DNA of 64,000 bases from Podarcis melisellensis (Eukaryota), in assembly GCA_964234715.1 (NCBI GenBank), contig OZ174279.1. One strand, 5' to 3'. A model generated the notes under the pieces. The model did no database searches. It was not told the DNA's origin and was given only the letters and a program-made list of their open reading frames with translations. The translations under genes and the position numbers were made by a program. Position 1 is the first letter of the stretch, and every line of letters starts with the position of its first letter. Positions 25,601 through 36,908 of this stretch are shown here, piece after piece.

Positions 25601-28600
25601 AAATCTGGCCCGTGGATGGTCCGGGAATCAGTGTGTTTTTACATGAGTAGAATGTGTGCTTTTATTTAAAATGCATCTCTGGGTTATTTGTGGGGCTTAG
25701 AAATTCGTTCATTCCCCCCTCCCAAAAAAATATAGTCTGGCCCTCCCCGCAAGGTCTGAGGGACAGTGGACTGACCCCCTGCTGGAAAAGTTTGCTGACC
25801 CCTGCTCTTGGGCATCAATCACTGAGCTGCCCATTGGCAGACCTGTGATCCACAGCAGCAACTACACCACATGAAGAAATAAAGTGTAGGATCAGGCATT
25901 AGCAGTGCCATTAACAGCTTCTGGGTTTTGCAACTTCCTTCACAATTCAAATGCTCGGGGTGGGGGGGGAAGGAATTTTCAAAACTTACATGAAAGAGTT
26001 TTCCACTCTTAGGAAACACAGCAAAGATGTCATAAAATTTTATGTTGGTAGATGTCGATCTCTAGAGCAGAAAAGAGAAAAAGTGTAACATTAAAAAAAC
26101 AAAACATTTTTCAGACTAGCCATTTAAGCTGGTGCTTTAAGCCTGGCCATAGCCCAGCTCAGCCAATGCCCCAACAAACAGCAGGAAGAAGCCACTTGTA
26201 GCCAACATGTCTCCTCCAGCACTTTAAATCCAAGGCACTTTCTAAAGGGGGGGGGGAAATGCCCTGTTGACAAATGGAGCGTTTTCCTCTCTCCTGAGAA
26301 AGCAATTTGCATTCCAAGAGCTGGGGGAAGAGTTTAGAATACAAACTGCTTTCTCTCCATAGGGGAAAATGCTGTTTTCAAGCATGTTGGCTCCCAGAGA
26401 AGAGCTCACCGCTAAGACTACAAACCTTGGCTATAGATCTTGGTTGAGGAAGAGACACTTTAATCACGATACCTGGTTCAGATGATACACTAAGCCAAAC
26501 TTGACTTGCGCTGTACTAACAGAACTGAAGGCAAGCAAAGCAGGATGAACGCCTCTGTGAGTGGGCACATTTGCACAGTCCTGGTAAATTGGTTTACCAA
26601 GTAAACCATGGAAAATTTGGTTTACCATGGTGTGCAAGTGAGGCCAGTTTTTCCACTGCTCATGAAGCCAGATTGCCGGTTGATTCATCCAACATTGGCT
26701 AGATGCAGGCCTTTTTTCATTTGGTCTGGGAGGGAGATGTCCTGACTGACTCCAGCTACAAAAAGCTGAAGCTGCTTCTTCAGCACAAGGGTGACTTGTA
26801 GACAACCATTTTCCTGAGAAAAGTTAGTGTCTTCAAATGGGCAAACAAATAAGTTTTTACTGCGGTTTTCTCCCCAGATTGCCAGGGTAACATTTCTTCC
26901 ATAAATAACGAAAAGATGTGCTGGCAGGCAAATTACTAAAATTGTATTGTGAACTAGTAACTTTGGTAGACATTTATGAAGGTGGTGGTGATGTTCCATG
27001 CCTTGCCAACCATTCTTAAGTTTCTGACAATTCTGGAGCATTTATTACTCAAGAACTATGGATTTTCTTCACTGTCTGTAAATTTGACTTGACTTTTAAA
27101 AAACTACAAATTTAGACATTGGGGGCCATTCAAATTTCTCGTGGAAGAGAGTTCCAGAGGTCAGCAAAGTTGTAAGGTAAAGGTAAAGGGACCCTGACCA
27201 TTAGGTCCAGTCGTGGCCGACTCTGGGGTTGTGGCGCTTATCTCGCTTTACTGGCCAAGGGAGCCGGCGTACAGCTTCCGGGTCATGTGGTCAGTATAAC
27301 TAAACCGCTTCTGGCGAACCAGAGCAGTGCACGGAAACGCAGTTTACCTTTCCACCGGAGCAGTACCTATTTATCTACTTGCACTTCGATGTGCTTTTGA
27401 ACTGCTAGGTTGGCAGGAGCAGGGACCAAGCAACGGGAGCTCACCCCGTCGCGAGGATTTGAACCACCAACCTTCTGATCGGCAAGTCCTAGACTCTATG
27501 GTTTAACCCACAGCGCCACCCGCGTCCCCTATAGCAAAGTTGTAGTCTATCACTATAAAGCACAACAGATTCTAAGCCACTCTTCTTCTTCTTTCTGTGA
27601 AATAGAAAAGGTTGTGAACTGCATCATAAGCTTACTAGAATATTGCAGTGCGATGGATCAGAAACAACAAGTGTTAGCCTCGATAAAATCTTAATTGGCT
27701 TGGATTTCCCCTGCAAAGAAGAAGAGAAGCAGCCGTGAGGGAAAGGAGTGAAACAGAAACCTTGGCAACATGCCTCCTACTCATCATTAATACAAAAATG
27801 AGGAATGATGCTGTGTTCAGAATTGGTGCCCACACAAATCTTGTATCTTTGCCCTTTCTTTAATTCGTCAGGAGTGTTGGCAACCAAGGTCTATTTTTAG
27901 TCAGACAAAAGGGCTATAACTGTGCTGTTCATAGTCAAGTAATAAGACCTTACACAGAGGACTCAAGGACTCTGCTCCTGGTGGAGAAGACTGTTACTTT
28001 TCACTAAAGACGCTTATAACTCCTGCAGTTAAGCAGCTCCTTGCCTACAAGCCCGTTTCCAACAACTTCACTCAGAATTACCCTTAAATTGCAATCCATC
28101 AATGGAAAGTGAGACAGCTGACCATTTCTGCTAATTACCCCCTGCTTCCTTGTTGCAATGCACTTTACGNNNNNNNNNNNNNNNNNNNNNNNNNNNNNNN
28201 NNNNNNNNNNNNNNNNNNNNNNNNNNNNNNNNNNNNNNNNNNNNNNNNNNNNNNNNNNNNNNNNNNNNNNNNNNNNNNNNNNNNNNNNNNNNNNNNNNNN
28301 NNNNNNNNNNNNNNNNNNNNNNNNNNNNNNNNNNNNNNNNNNNNNNNNNNNNNNNNNNNNNNNNNNNNNGAGTTTGTTTGCTTGCTTTCCTCTCACCTCT
28401 CCATCCTTTCCTTTTTGTGTCATGTCTTTTTCAGAGTCTAAATCCAAGACCAGGGAATATGTTACGCAGTTAGTTTTATTTGTTTACAAGAAAGTCTGAT
28501 CCTTTTTTTGGCTGGAAACCAGGGTATAAATACTTCTAATGAATAAACAGAATTCCTCACGTTTGATACAACGAAAACAAGTGTAGCTTTGTTGCATGTC

Positions 28601-29526
28601 AGGATCTGCCAGTAACCCAGTAAAAGAAGCCCAAAAAACATTATCTCCTTTAACTACCAGCTCCATATTTCAGCTTAGGTCTGGGAGGGAGAAGGGAGCA
28701 GTTTCTTAAAACACATCCTGCAGACAAAAAGCTCCCGGGCTGTAGTGGTTTTATTTCTACCCTTCTATCCTTGTCTAGGAAACCTTCCTACCAAAAAAAC
28801 ACACACATTCTTGCACTGATTTTGAGGAGCTAACACCAGGTCTATTTCAGTGTGCCAGAAGTTCTCAGGTACCATCAAAGTAAGCCTTCCTTCGGCTTCT
28901 TAAAAAAAAAAAATCGGCGTTAGGGACTGTGCTACTCCTCCTCTGAGCGCATGTGCGGAGCCTTCCCCAATCCGACCATTTAGGGACGACCCTGAAATCC
29001 TGGGCAACCCGAGGCAAGACCTGCCCAACAACGTGTCGCCAGAGATCCTTACGAACCATCTCGTCCCGAGGAACAAAATGATCATCCCCGCGCACCCGGG
29101 GATCGGAGCCTGTGCGCGCGGGCTGAGAGGGAGCAGAGGCGCGCCTAAGTCCTTGCTCATGGGGGTGGGGAGGACGGGAATGAAGATTTCAACTCCAATT
29201 AAAAACTCTGTACGTAGCTTTTTAAAAAAAATAGTCCCAATTTAAGAATGGAGCAAAGGCGCGCGCGCGCACAACCCCAAGCGTTATCCTTTCCAAAAGC
29301 GCAGATGGAGCATCTACACAAGGGGCAAGGCAGGCGTCCCAAACCCGCGAGGGGGCATGCAGAGCCAAGCTGGGGGTGCAGAGCCAGACATTTCCTCCCC
29401 CCCGCCCGCCGCCCCCGCTCGCTCTTTGCCCGCTGCCCACTCACGGTGCGCTGCCGCCTCCACCAGCTTCTGCAGCGACGCCTTCTCCGCCAAGTGGGGA
29501 ATATTCAGGTCCACAAACTCAGCCAT
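15421..29526 (-). CDS. RPP30: Ribonuclease P/MRP protein subunit p30; complement join(29445-29526,[exons 2-3 not seen],27636-27710,25990-26061,22823-22912,21972-22088,19694-19723,19102-19139,17071-17150,15421-15527)
   Basis: Exon translations MAEFVDLNIP...AAH / GKSKPIKILSRLTLVVSDPSHCNIL / RSTSTNIKFYDIFAVFPKSGKLFH / VACTTLDVDIVCINVTEKLPFYIKRPSVNV / AIDRGIYFELIYVPAIKDSTMRRYT / NIVLSSAAEK / PLQLRGPYDVANL / GWLFGLSESTAKAAVSTN / EARKTASG...SKKAKTAL* match RPP30. Position between ANKRD1 and HTR7 matches known synteny. Confidence 0.96.
15817..15869. repeat. 53-bp direct repeat, copy 2 (RPP30 intron 10)
   Basis: 49/53 identical to 15262-15314. Confidence 0.92.
16868..17010 (-). mobile_element. Penelope-like element 3' remnant with mutated hammerhead core, RPP30 intron 10
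   Basis: Shares GTAGCCGTGTTGGT and CCAGTAGCACCTTAGAGACCAACTAAG...GTGTGCATGCACACTTCTTCAGAT with 45886-46099; internal (TA)n. Confidence 0.75.
17071..17150 (-). CDS. RPP30: RPP30 exon 10
   Basis: ggaaag|A GGG TGG CTG TTT GGC...CAT GGA G|gtaagc; 80 nt. Confidence 0.94.
17595..17966 (-). mobile_element. L2 LINE 3' fragment
   Basis: ...[40 protein letters not shown]...; (TTA)n tail. Confidence 0.85.
18347..18577. mobile_element. MITE family A, copy 2
   Basis: Same TIR; TA TSD. Confidence 0.9.
19102..19139 (-). CDS. RPP30: RPP30 exon 9 (38 nt)
   Basis: ttgcag|CCT CTA CAA CTA CGA GGT CCG TAC GAT GTG GCG AAC CT|gtatcctttt. Confidence 0.94.
19694..19723 (-). CDS. RPP30: RPP30 exon 8 (30 nt)
   Basis: tcctag|AAT ATA GTT TTA TCC AGT GCA GCA GAA AAG|gtgagt. 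Confidence 0.92.
19948..20173. mobile_element. MITE family A, copy 3 (opposite orientation)
   Basis: Same TIR (left end diverged); TA TSD. Confidence 0.88.
20533..20755. mobile_element. Related TA-flanked MITE (family B)
   Basis: TA|CAGCCGTACCT ... AGGTATGACTG|TA; internal palindrome TGATTGGCT..GGAAGCTCC..AGCCAATC. Confidence 0.75.
21972..22088 (-). CDS. RPP30: RPP30 exon 7
   Basis: gtgaag|GCA ATA GAT CGA...GGG AAG|gtgagg; 117 nt. Confidence 0.95.
22823..22912 (-). CDS. RPP30: RPP30 exon 6
   Basis: atacag|GTG GCC TGC...AAT GTG|gtaagg; 90 nt. Confidence 0.95.
23650..23891. mobile_element. MITE family A, copy 4
   Basis: Perfect TIR; TA TSD. Confidence 0.9.
25549..25804. mobile_element. hAT-type MITE, same family as 9669-9972, opposite orientation
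   Basis: Same ends; 8-bp TSD CTCTTGGG. Confidence 0.9.
25990..26061 (-). CDS. RPP30: RPP30 exon 5
   Basis: ctctag|AGA TCG...TTT CAT|gtaagt; 72 nt. Confidence 0.95.
27175..27532 (-). mobile_element. Full-length Sauria SINE
   Basis: tRNA-like head GGGACGCGGGTGGCGCTGTGG...GGTTCAAATCC; (ACCTTT)n tail; 12-bp TSD AGCAAAGTTGTA at 27163-27174 and 27533-27544. Confidence 0.9.
27636..27710 (-). CDS. RPP30: RPP30 exon 4
   Basis: ttgcag|GGG AAA TCC...ATT CTA|gtaagc; 75 nt. Confidence 0.95.
28170..28369. other. Assembly gap (200 N)
   Basis: Run of exactly 200 N, consistent with a placeholder of unknown true size. Confidence 0.99.
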
Positions 29527-29660
29527 GTTGAAGCCACGTGGTGGGGAAGCGCCGCTTCTAATGCCCTGGCGCCCCGCTGCATGCTGGGAGCTGTAGTCTT
29601 TCCGCCCCCTCTCTTTCTCCTCCGCCCTCGTCTCACAGCGGGCGGGGATGTGGGACGGCT
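28910..29660 (-). promoter_or_regulatory. RPP30 CpG-island promoter with ZNF143/SBS-type motif and E-box
   Basis: CpG/GC-rich; GACTACAGCTCCCAGCATGC on - at 29598-29579; CACGTG at 29535-29540; NRF1-like GCGCATGTGC at 28947-28956. Confidence 0.8.
29445..29526 (-). CDS. RPP30: RPP30 exon 1
   Basis: ATG at 29526 (-); MAEFVDLNIPHLAEKASLQKLVEAAAH+C; donor gtgagt; 82 nt; inside CpG island. Confidence 0.93.
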
Positions 29661-29670
29661 CAAGCTTAAA

Positions 29671-30143
29671 ATCATAGCAGAGTTGGAAGGGGTCCATACC
29701 CTCCAACATTTCTCTGATGAAAATAGGGACGCCCCTTTAATATTTATACCCCACACATTTTACTGGGTTGCTCCATCTTCTCTGGACAGCTTCCAACATA
29801 CATAAAAGCATCATAAAAGATTAAACATGTTGTGTGTTGTTTTTTTTTTTAAAAACCCATTCCCTATACAGTACAGGATTGCCTTCAGACGGCTTGGGGG
29901 TCGGGTAACTCCACACCCTTCAACATTTCTCCAATGAAAATAGGGACATCCTAAGGAAAAGTGGGATATTCCAGGATCAAATCAGAAACCGGCATGGCTT
30001 CTCTAAATCAAGGACGTCTCTGGAAACTAGGAGGGTCTGGGGGTCGTAAGGGCCGCCCATTCCAACCCCCTACAATGCAGGAATCTTTTGCCCAATGTGG
30101 GGCTTGAACCCACGACTCTGAGATGCTCTACAACCCAAAGCTG
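29671..30143 (-). mobile_element. tRNA-Lys-derived SINE with CR1-type 3' tail, interrupted by a DNA element
   Basis: 30143-30090 resembles tRNA-Lys(CTT) lacking the anticodon loop; tail GGGTTGGA...CCCTTCCAACTCTGCTATGAT is CR1-like. Confidence 0.6.
29695..30039. mobile_element. Non-autonomous DNA transposon
   Basis: TIR CATACCCTCC / GGAGGGTCTG; flanking GGGGTC duplication; internal repeat CAACATTTCTC..ATGAAAATAGGGAC. Confidence 0.65.
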
Positions 30144-30659
30144 TAGGTTGCATAGCTTGCATATAAAGACAGGTCGCTGCTGGAAGCCTGAAGAGCTGGT
30201 CAAACTGGGAGACGATGCTAAGATAGATGGACAAATAGCCTGACCTGGAGGGGGCAGCTTTCTGGGTTCTTACCTAGCCTGGAGTCAGTGCTTGAATTAT
30301 AGAGGGAAAGGGCAGCCTTTAACACATTCACAGACTCCATCCTTTCCTGTTAAAGCCATATCATACCGCTCCCCCCCAGCACTTCTAAAAGTAGTTAAGG
30401 CAGCAGTGCAACTGGTACAGTATCCAGGGTCCCTCTGGCTCTCCTGTAATTCAAGCACACTCCTGGAATTCATTGAAGGTTTCATAATCTATATTCCTAC
30501 ATTTATGTTATATCCCATCTTTCCTTCAAGCAGCTCTCCCCATTTTATCCCCACAACAACTATTTAGTTGGGTTAGGCTAAGAGACAGTGGGCACCCAGT
30601 GAGCTTCATTGGCTGCAGTGCCAGATTTATGTATAGGCTAAGTAAGCTGAAGCCTAGGG

Positions 30660-30876
30660 CCTCTAAATCTAGGGGGCCTTGCCACCCCTCCCGCTCCCCA
30701 GCAGGCAGTCTCCCCTCTCCCAAAATTGCAAACCCAAGACTTCATGCGAGGGCAGGGCAACTCAGACCTCTAAGTCTAGGGGGCCTCACCAGCCTGCCCT
30801 CTCCCCAGTGCCGCAGTCTCCCCTCTCCCAAAATTGCAAGCCCAAGACTTCATGCAAAGGCAGGGCAACTCAGGCC
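30660..30876. repeat. Tandem duplication, two copies of ~107 bp
   Basis: CCTCTAA.TCTAGGGGGCCT...GCAGTCTCCCCTCTCCCAAAATTGCAA.CCCAAGACTTCATGC..GGCAGGGCAACTCAG occurs twice. Confidence 0.9.
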
Positions 30877-31560
30877 CAGCAACTATGAGACTCAGGTGCC
30901 CAATCTGAATACACCCAATATGTAGCAATGGAAATTTATGTTACTGGTTTATGAATGAACACTGTGTTTTATGAATTGACTCTGTGTTTTGTGAATTACC
31001 TAAGAGCCACCAATAGGGAGCTCTAGAAACTGACAGCTAACCAATTGGGTACTACCAAACAGCAACCCCTATTGCTGAAAGCAGGTAACCAGCAGGGAAT
31101 GCTTCAGCTCAGCCTTTGCACTGTTGACTTAACACCCCCTGCTGTGCAGATAATGGAGAAAGCTCATAAATTGTATCCCTTCTGGCATCCTGGCCAACTC
31201 TATTACACTGGTGTAAACCCTGGTGCACCAGAAGCACAGAATAGCAGCAAATAAACTCCGCTCATACGTCAGCCACTGATAAGACTTGTCAACCAGTTCT
31301 TCCAAAGTCTTCCTAAATTATAAAGTTCCAAAATACAGGCCAAAAGAGAGCAGGTCTGGGAAGAGCGAGGCATACAATGAGCACCACCAGTGAAAAGGCC
31401 CTGCTCCGTGTAACTCTTGTCCTGTCATTTGATAGAGTGCCCACTTGCCCTCCTTCTTGACATGGAATGCTCTCTATTGGAGTCTCCAGGTCCAGTACAA
31501 AGACATAAGAAGGGAGAGCAGGGACCTTGAAGTTCCCAAAAGCTGTTAATCAAGCAAGCA

Positions 31561-31595
<35 letters not shown>

Positions 31596-32264
31596 CACCT
31601 TTGTCACAGTCAGGATACCTATGTCCTGGCCAGCCATGCACCCAATCTTGTTTTTGTATAATCTTGTTTGTTCTCAGTAACCGAAATTATATTACCAACA
31701 TATACAAGCAGAAAAGTTGTTTTCCTTCATTTGCAAGGAATCGAACAAAACAAAGTGGCACTAATAAAGAAAAGTTCTTGGGTGGCAACAGAAAGCAAAC
31801 TAAAAATGCTTTTGCAGTTCATCAAAACTATCCAGCAATATCAAGTTATAGGAAAACTGGTGCTATTAACAGTAATCCTTCTAGCTGGTTAATTGGTTCA
31901 GCAACTTCCATGCACATGACGTGTGAGGCTAATTATTTCTGCCAAGAGATTCAGGTGAAGGTCAGATGCCTTGTCAATCCCAGCAGGTATATAAAAGGAT
32001 GACCTGGCCTGCCCAGCACGGAAGACTTGTGTATAGTACGCAGGTCTGAAAGGACCACAAAGGGTAAGCCACCCAAAAGGTATGCTGAAGAGTTTGCTAA
32101 AACATTCATAGCAGATACAGAGGAACTGCCATAGGCGGAAGGGACAAAGTGAGAACCGGAAAAGACGCCAAAAAGCAGACTAAGATTGTAAAGCAAGAGA
32201 GGCATCAAGGAGAGAAAGAGCCAAGAAGCAACACAGTGACCCTGTGTGGTCAGTACTGGAATAG

Positions 32265-32490
32265 ACATTGACAGGAAAATATTCTTCCCAAACCTGCTGA
32301 AAGAGGCAGTCATTAAACCGCCTCTTAAAAAACAATTCTAGACCCGGCCAATATGGCCAACTATCACCCAGTCTCAAATCTTCCATTCTTGGGCAAGGTG
32401 ATTGAGCGAGTGGTTGCTGAACAACTCCAGGCACGCCTGGAGGAAGCGGACCATTTGGATCCCTTCCAGTTGGGATTCAGGCCTCATCAT
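32265..32490 (+). mobile_element. L2 reverse transcriptase fragment
   Basis: LKEAVIKP.LKK...NYHPVSNLPFLGKVIERVVAEQLQ...DPFQLGFRPHH. Confidence 0.8.
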
Positions 32491-32940
32491 GTTGAATATA
32501 GACTATTTTTACTGGGGTCTTAGGAAATAGGATGAAAATCATTTTAAAAAGAATTATAAGGAAAGACCAGTCCGGTTTCCTATCCGGAAGACAAATAAAA
32601 GATAACACTAGGATAATTATCGACCTATTGGAATATGCTGAAATGAACCCGAGTAAAAATAGTAATGTTATTGGTAGATGCTGAAAAGGCATTTGATTGT
32701 ATCTCGTGGAGTTTCCTGACGGAGACATTTGAAAGTTTGAAAATAGGAAATAGAATAATGAATGGAATTAAAGCTATCTATAAAAAGCAAAAAACAAAGT
32801 TAATGAAATTACAGAGGGATTTGATATCGAGAAAGGGGTTAGACAGGGATGCCCCCTGTTGCCGCTGTTATTCATTACAGCACTGGAAATCCTTCTAGGA
32901 GCATTAAGAAAAGACAAGAAAATTAGAGGGATAATTCTGA
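32491..32940 (+). mobile_element. L1/Tx1-clade reverse transcriptase fragment
   Basis: LNIDY...DQSGFLSGRQIKDN...DAEKAFD.ISW...GVRQGCPL.PLLF. Confidence 0.8.
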
Positions 32941-34201
32941 AACCACCTTCACTGGGATTCTTCTTGCCAGTTTTGCTCCCCCCCCCCCGCCCCCTCACCT
33001 GTTAGCTGCATGTGTTTCATGGCTGTGCACAATGCCCCCAGCAGTAAGGAATACAGAGAGCTGATCTAGTATAGTTATGAAGTCAGAAATAACACATGTG
33101 TTATACTTGAGTTTATTTACAAACACTGGCAGAAGAATAGGTATGCGGGGGGAGCCCACTGCCCCTGGCAGCACGATCACGGTGAGGTGCCATCGCGGCT
33201 GTTGCCCCTCCTGCGCTGGGCGCCATGTCCCTACAGGCAGCGTGCCATGCCCCTGGGACGTGTGCCAGCCCCGCCCCCTCCTCCTCTCCTCCCCCCGGTG
33301 CTGGAGCATGAAGCTCCGCCACTGTGTACAAAACAGTGAAATCATTTCTACGCTAAGTCTTCCTGAGATAACATTTGAAAATCACCTTTCCACTGCACAT
33401 CCACAGGGATAACGTCCATACCTTGCAGACACATGGAACAATTTTATGGCAACAAACACACAAATCTGCTGGTTTTACTGATGACAGTTTAATGCAAGTG
33501 TCACAGGTATCAGTTGATCAACATATGGCACAAGAATTAACATCGTTCTTCAGTCTCTAGTCTCCTGGCGCAGGCCAGATGCCGCCAGAAAACAGCCAAC
33601 TGCCTTGGTTTTTTAAAAATTGGTACTGTCTTGCTGCACCCTCTTTTACTGATGTTGCCTTATGTGAGATGTCCTTTTTTGGTTCCAGTCCAGTTCAGTG
33701 GCATCTTGTTAATCCTTCTTTGTGACCTGGCCGTGTTCTCTATCTATATAGCTCAAGGGGAAAGAAGAGACAGCAACAGGTTTCCATGTCTCTGTGTTGT
33801 TTCAGCAAAAAAACCAACAATACACAAACAAACCAGATGGTATCTTTGCCTTTGGGAAGAGCAGACAACTTGTTTCCGTGGAACACATGCTTGATTGTGA
33901 TTGAGAGTGATTTTCAGGGCAGAAAACTGCCTCCCTCCAGAAACACAGCATGCTTCAAACTCTATGCACAAGCGATTATTTCTTCTCCAGCACGGCATCC
34001 TTATAGATGGCTCACAGGATACCTTTCCATCAATGATGCCGTCTCAAAAAAGTGTTTGTGTTGCATGTCAGAGCCAGGCTGGTCCACTGTTGGCTCGGGG
34101 TATCCTGGTTCAAATCCTGGTTCAGCCATGGAATGAATCTCTTACTTGAATAACCATGGGCACGTGGCCATTTCTTCCCCCAGTCTCTGCTCTCCATCTC
34201 T

Positions 34202-34657
34202 GTTGTTGTTGTTGTTGTTTAGTCATTTAGTCGTGTCCGACTCTTCGCGACCCCATGCACCAGAGCACGCCAGACACTCCTGTCTTCCACTGCCTCCCGC
34301 AGTTTGGTCAAACTCATGCTGGTAGCTTTGAGAACACATTCCAACCATCTCGTCCTCTGTCGTCCCCTTCGCCTTGTGCCCTCCATCTTTCCCAACATCA
34401 GGGTCTTTTCCAGGGAGTCCTCTCTTCTCATGAGGTGGCCAAAGTATTGGAGCCTCAGCTTCAGAATCTGTCCTTCCAATGAGCACTCAGAGCTGATTTC
34501 CTTCAGAATGGATAGGTTTGATCTTCTTGCAGTCCATGGGACTCTCAAGAGTCTCCTGCACCATAATTCAAAAGCATCAATTTTTCGGCAATCAGCCTTC
34601 TTTATGGTCCAGCTCTCACTTCCATACATCACTACTGGGAAAACCATAGCTTTAACT
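34202..34657 (-). mobile_element. 5'-truncated RTE-BovB copy
   Basis: Translation MVFPVVMYGSESWTIKKAD...SRTRLND; (CAA)n tail; apparent TSD ATCTCT at 34196-34201 and 34658-34663. Confidence 0.93.
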
Positions 34658-36692
34658 ATCTCTACTAACCATAATGACTATGCTCTGCCTCCACAGCTGG
34701 AAGCAGCACTGCTTCTGAATGCCAGTCACTGGAAACCACAGGAGGGGAGAGGGACCCTGTGCTTGAATCTTGCTTGCTGGTTCCCCACAGGCATCTGTGA
34801 GAAGAGGATGTTGGACAAGATGGGCCAATGGCTTGAACCAGCAGGCTATTATTGTGTTCTTAGTCTCTAATATCAAAGCACTTATGGTGGTTTCCAATCT
34901 AGCACTAAATTAAAGCCACCTAGTGGTAATCTGTAGTGCAAAAGAATGCATACAGATCCCACTTACCTGGGAATAAGCCCTACTGAGTTTTATTGGACTT
35001 ACTTCTGACTAGAAATTCTGACATCAGTAAAGGGAAGGGGGGGGCAGTGAATACTTAAGATGGACAGTGCTTGTTCCTTGTTTGTGTCAATTCATAGTTT
35101 AATTTCATTTACCTTTTGAGGAGGAGTAATTTTGTAGCTTGGGAAACTAGGCAATCTAGAAAAGACCTTTATGAGTCCTATTTGGAGCCATATGGGAAGG
35201 CAAGTTTGGCTATGTTATTGTTCAGTTCCTCATCCTTCACTGTGACACTGCAGTAGCAGGAAATGGCAGTCTCTGAGGACCGTACTCGGGAATGTGGAAA
35301 AAGTTTCCAGGTTTCTGCTAGAATCAATGTTTCACAGTCAGGAGGTAGATGGATGTTTTTCAGAGCCTTTGCTGTTGATAAAGGGCAGCAAACAGCATGC
35401 CATCTACTTTCTCCCACGCTGAGGATTACTAATTTACATAACTCCAAAATTTACCTTGATTCCCTCCTACCTAACACTTGAGGTCCATACTTTTTAAGAA
35501 AAAAAAAAGATGGTGAATCATCTGAGGAAAGAAATATGAGGAAAGATCATGCACGTCATACAAATAGCAGTGCCGATGAAATATTCTTGCAAATATATTT
35601 ATCCTGCAGAACTTGTCCTTTCTTCTGTCAGAGCCAGGGCTGTGGGCAGTTGCACTGAAATCCAGATAGTCTCATACATCATTTTATTTGTATGCTTCCC
35701 ATAGTTCAAACCATGCTCAAGGCAGCTTACAACATCGGGGGGGGGGGATCACAAAACTGCAAACATAACCCAAAGTAGTAACAAACAATAAACAAAATAT
35801 CAAAAAGTACACAACCAAATGTGAACAATTTCCACATAAATAATAATAAGATCTAAAATAAAGATTAATAATAATAGCAGTAACCGCAATAGCTCCCCTC
35901 CGTTAATTTAGTGAAATTTTGTTTTTACACATACATTTTTACTCTTATATCTTACATTCTACCCCCATTGGAATGTCTAGGAAAATCAAGACATCTTCTC
36001 ATACAATGATAGGGGGCAAAATAACCACACAAAATGGTTGTTTGATACAGGTGTTGTGCCCAGAACCTGTTCTATCCATTTCATGTGAGAAAGGAGAGTA
36101 GAGGATGGGAAAAGCAATATTTTGTGTAGTTTTATAATAGGCAAATCACCTACTTCTGTTAATATTACCACAAACGATATCTGGAGTCAATAGTATGTTT
36201 AGGTTTACAAAACTCCTTCACACATCTAAATGCTTCTTCCACAGTTAGAAGCTTCCCTGCGATCTGGCAAAACTGGGTTGTTTTTGTCTGATTTTGCATT
36301 ATAGCTATAATTTCGTTACTCCGGGTTTTGGAGTCACTGAGACCTCAGTTGCATCTGCAAATGTCTGTAAGCTAGCAACCAGCACCCTCACTTCAGCAGG
36401 TGGCAAGGCTTAATGCCAATTCTCTTTCAAGGATGCTTGGGTGACTTTTTTTTCAGTTCATGGAAAGATTTTTTGCAAAATGTGCTGTGGATGGTTGCCC
36501 TCAATGCTTATGAGGCACAATGTCACTGATCCGCACAAGAATCAATAAAGCCCTCAAATTTCATTATTGGCTAGTGGCTTCAGTGCCAAAACAACAAAGT
36601 GAAAGACACGCTTATCTGTGTGTGGGATCGCCAATAGTGTACTCTTCCAAAACACTTTGTACCACGTATGATCGACACATATACTTCCAAGT

Positions 36693-36908
36693 GGGACACA
36701 GGTGGCGCTGTGGTCTAAACCACTGAGCCTCTTGGGCTTGCTGATCAGAAGGTTGGCAGTTCAAACCCCTGTGATGGAATGAGTTCCCATTGCTCTGTCC
36801 CAGCTCCTGCCAACCTAGCAGTTCAAAGGAACACCAGTGCAAAAAGATAAATAGGTACCACTGTGGTGGGAAGGTAAATGGCATTTCGGCGCACTGGCTT
36901 CTGCCACA
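36693..36908 (+). mobile_element. 5' half of a Sauria SINE, fused to BovB
   Basis: Aligns by eye to the first ~215 nt of the full SINE at 27532-27175. Confidence 0.85.

Noticed and set aside
28004-28499. ORFs containing long X runs
   Set aside because: Artefacts of the N gap.
29248-29805. 185-aa + strand ORF over the RPP30 promoter
   Set aside because: GC-rich CpG-island ORF running into repeats; no recognisable domain.
30090-30143. Functional tRNA-Lys gene
   Set aside because: Anticodon loop deleted and 5' end degenerate; SINE-derived.
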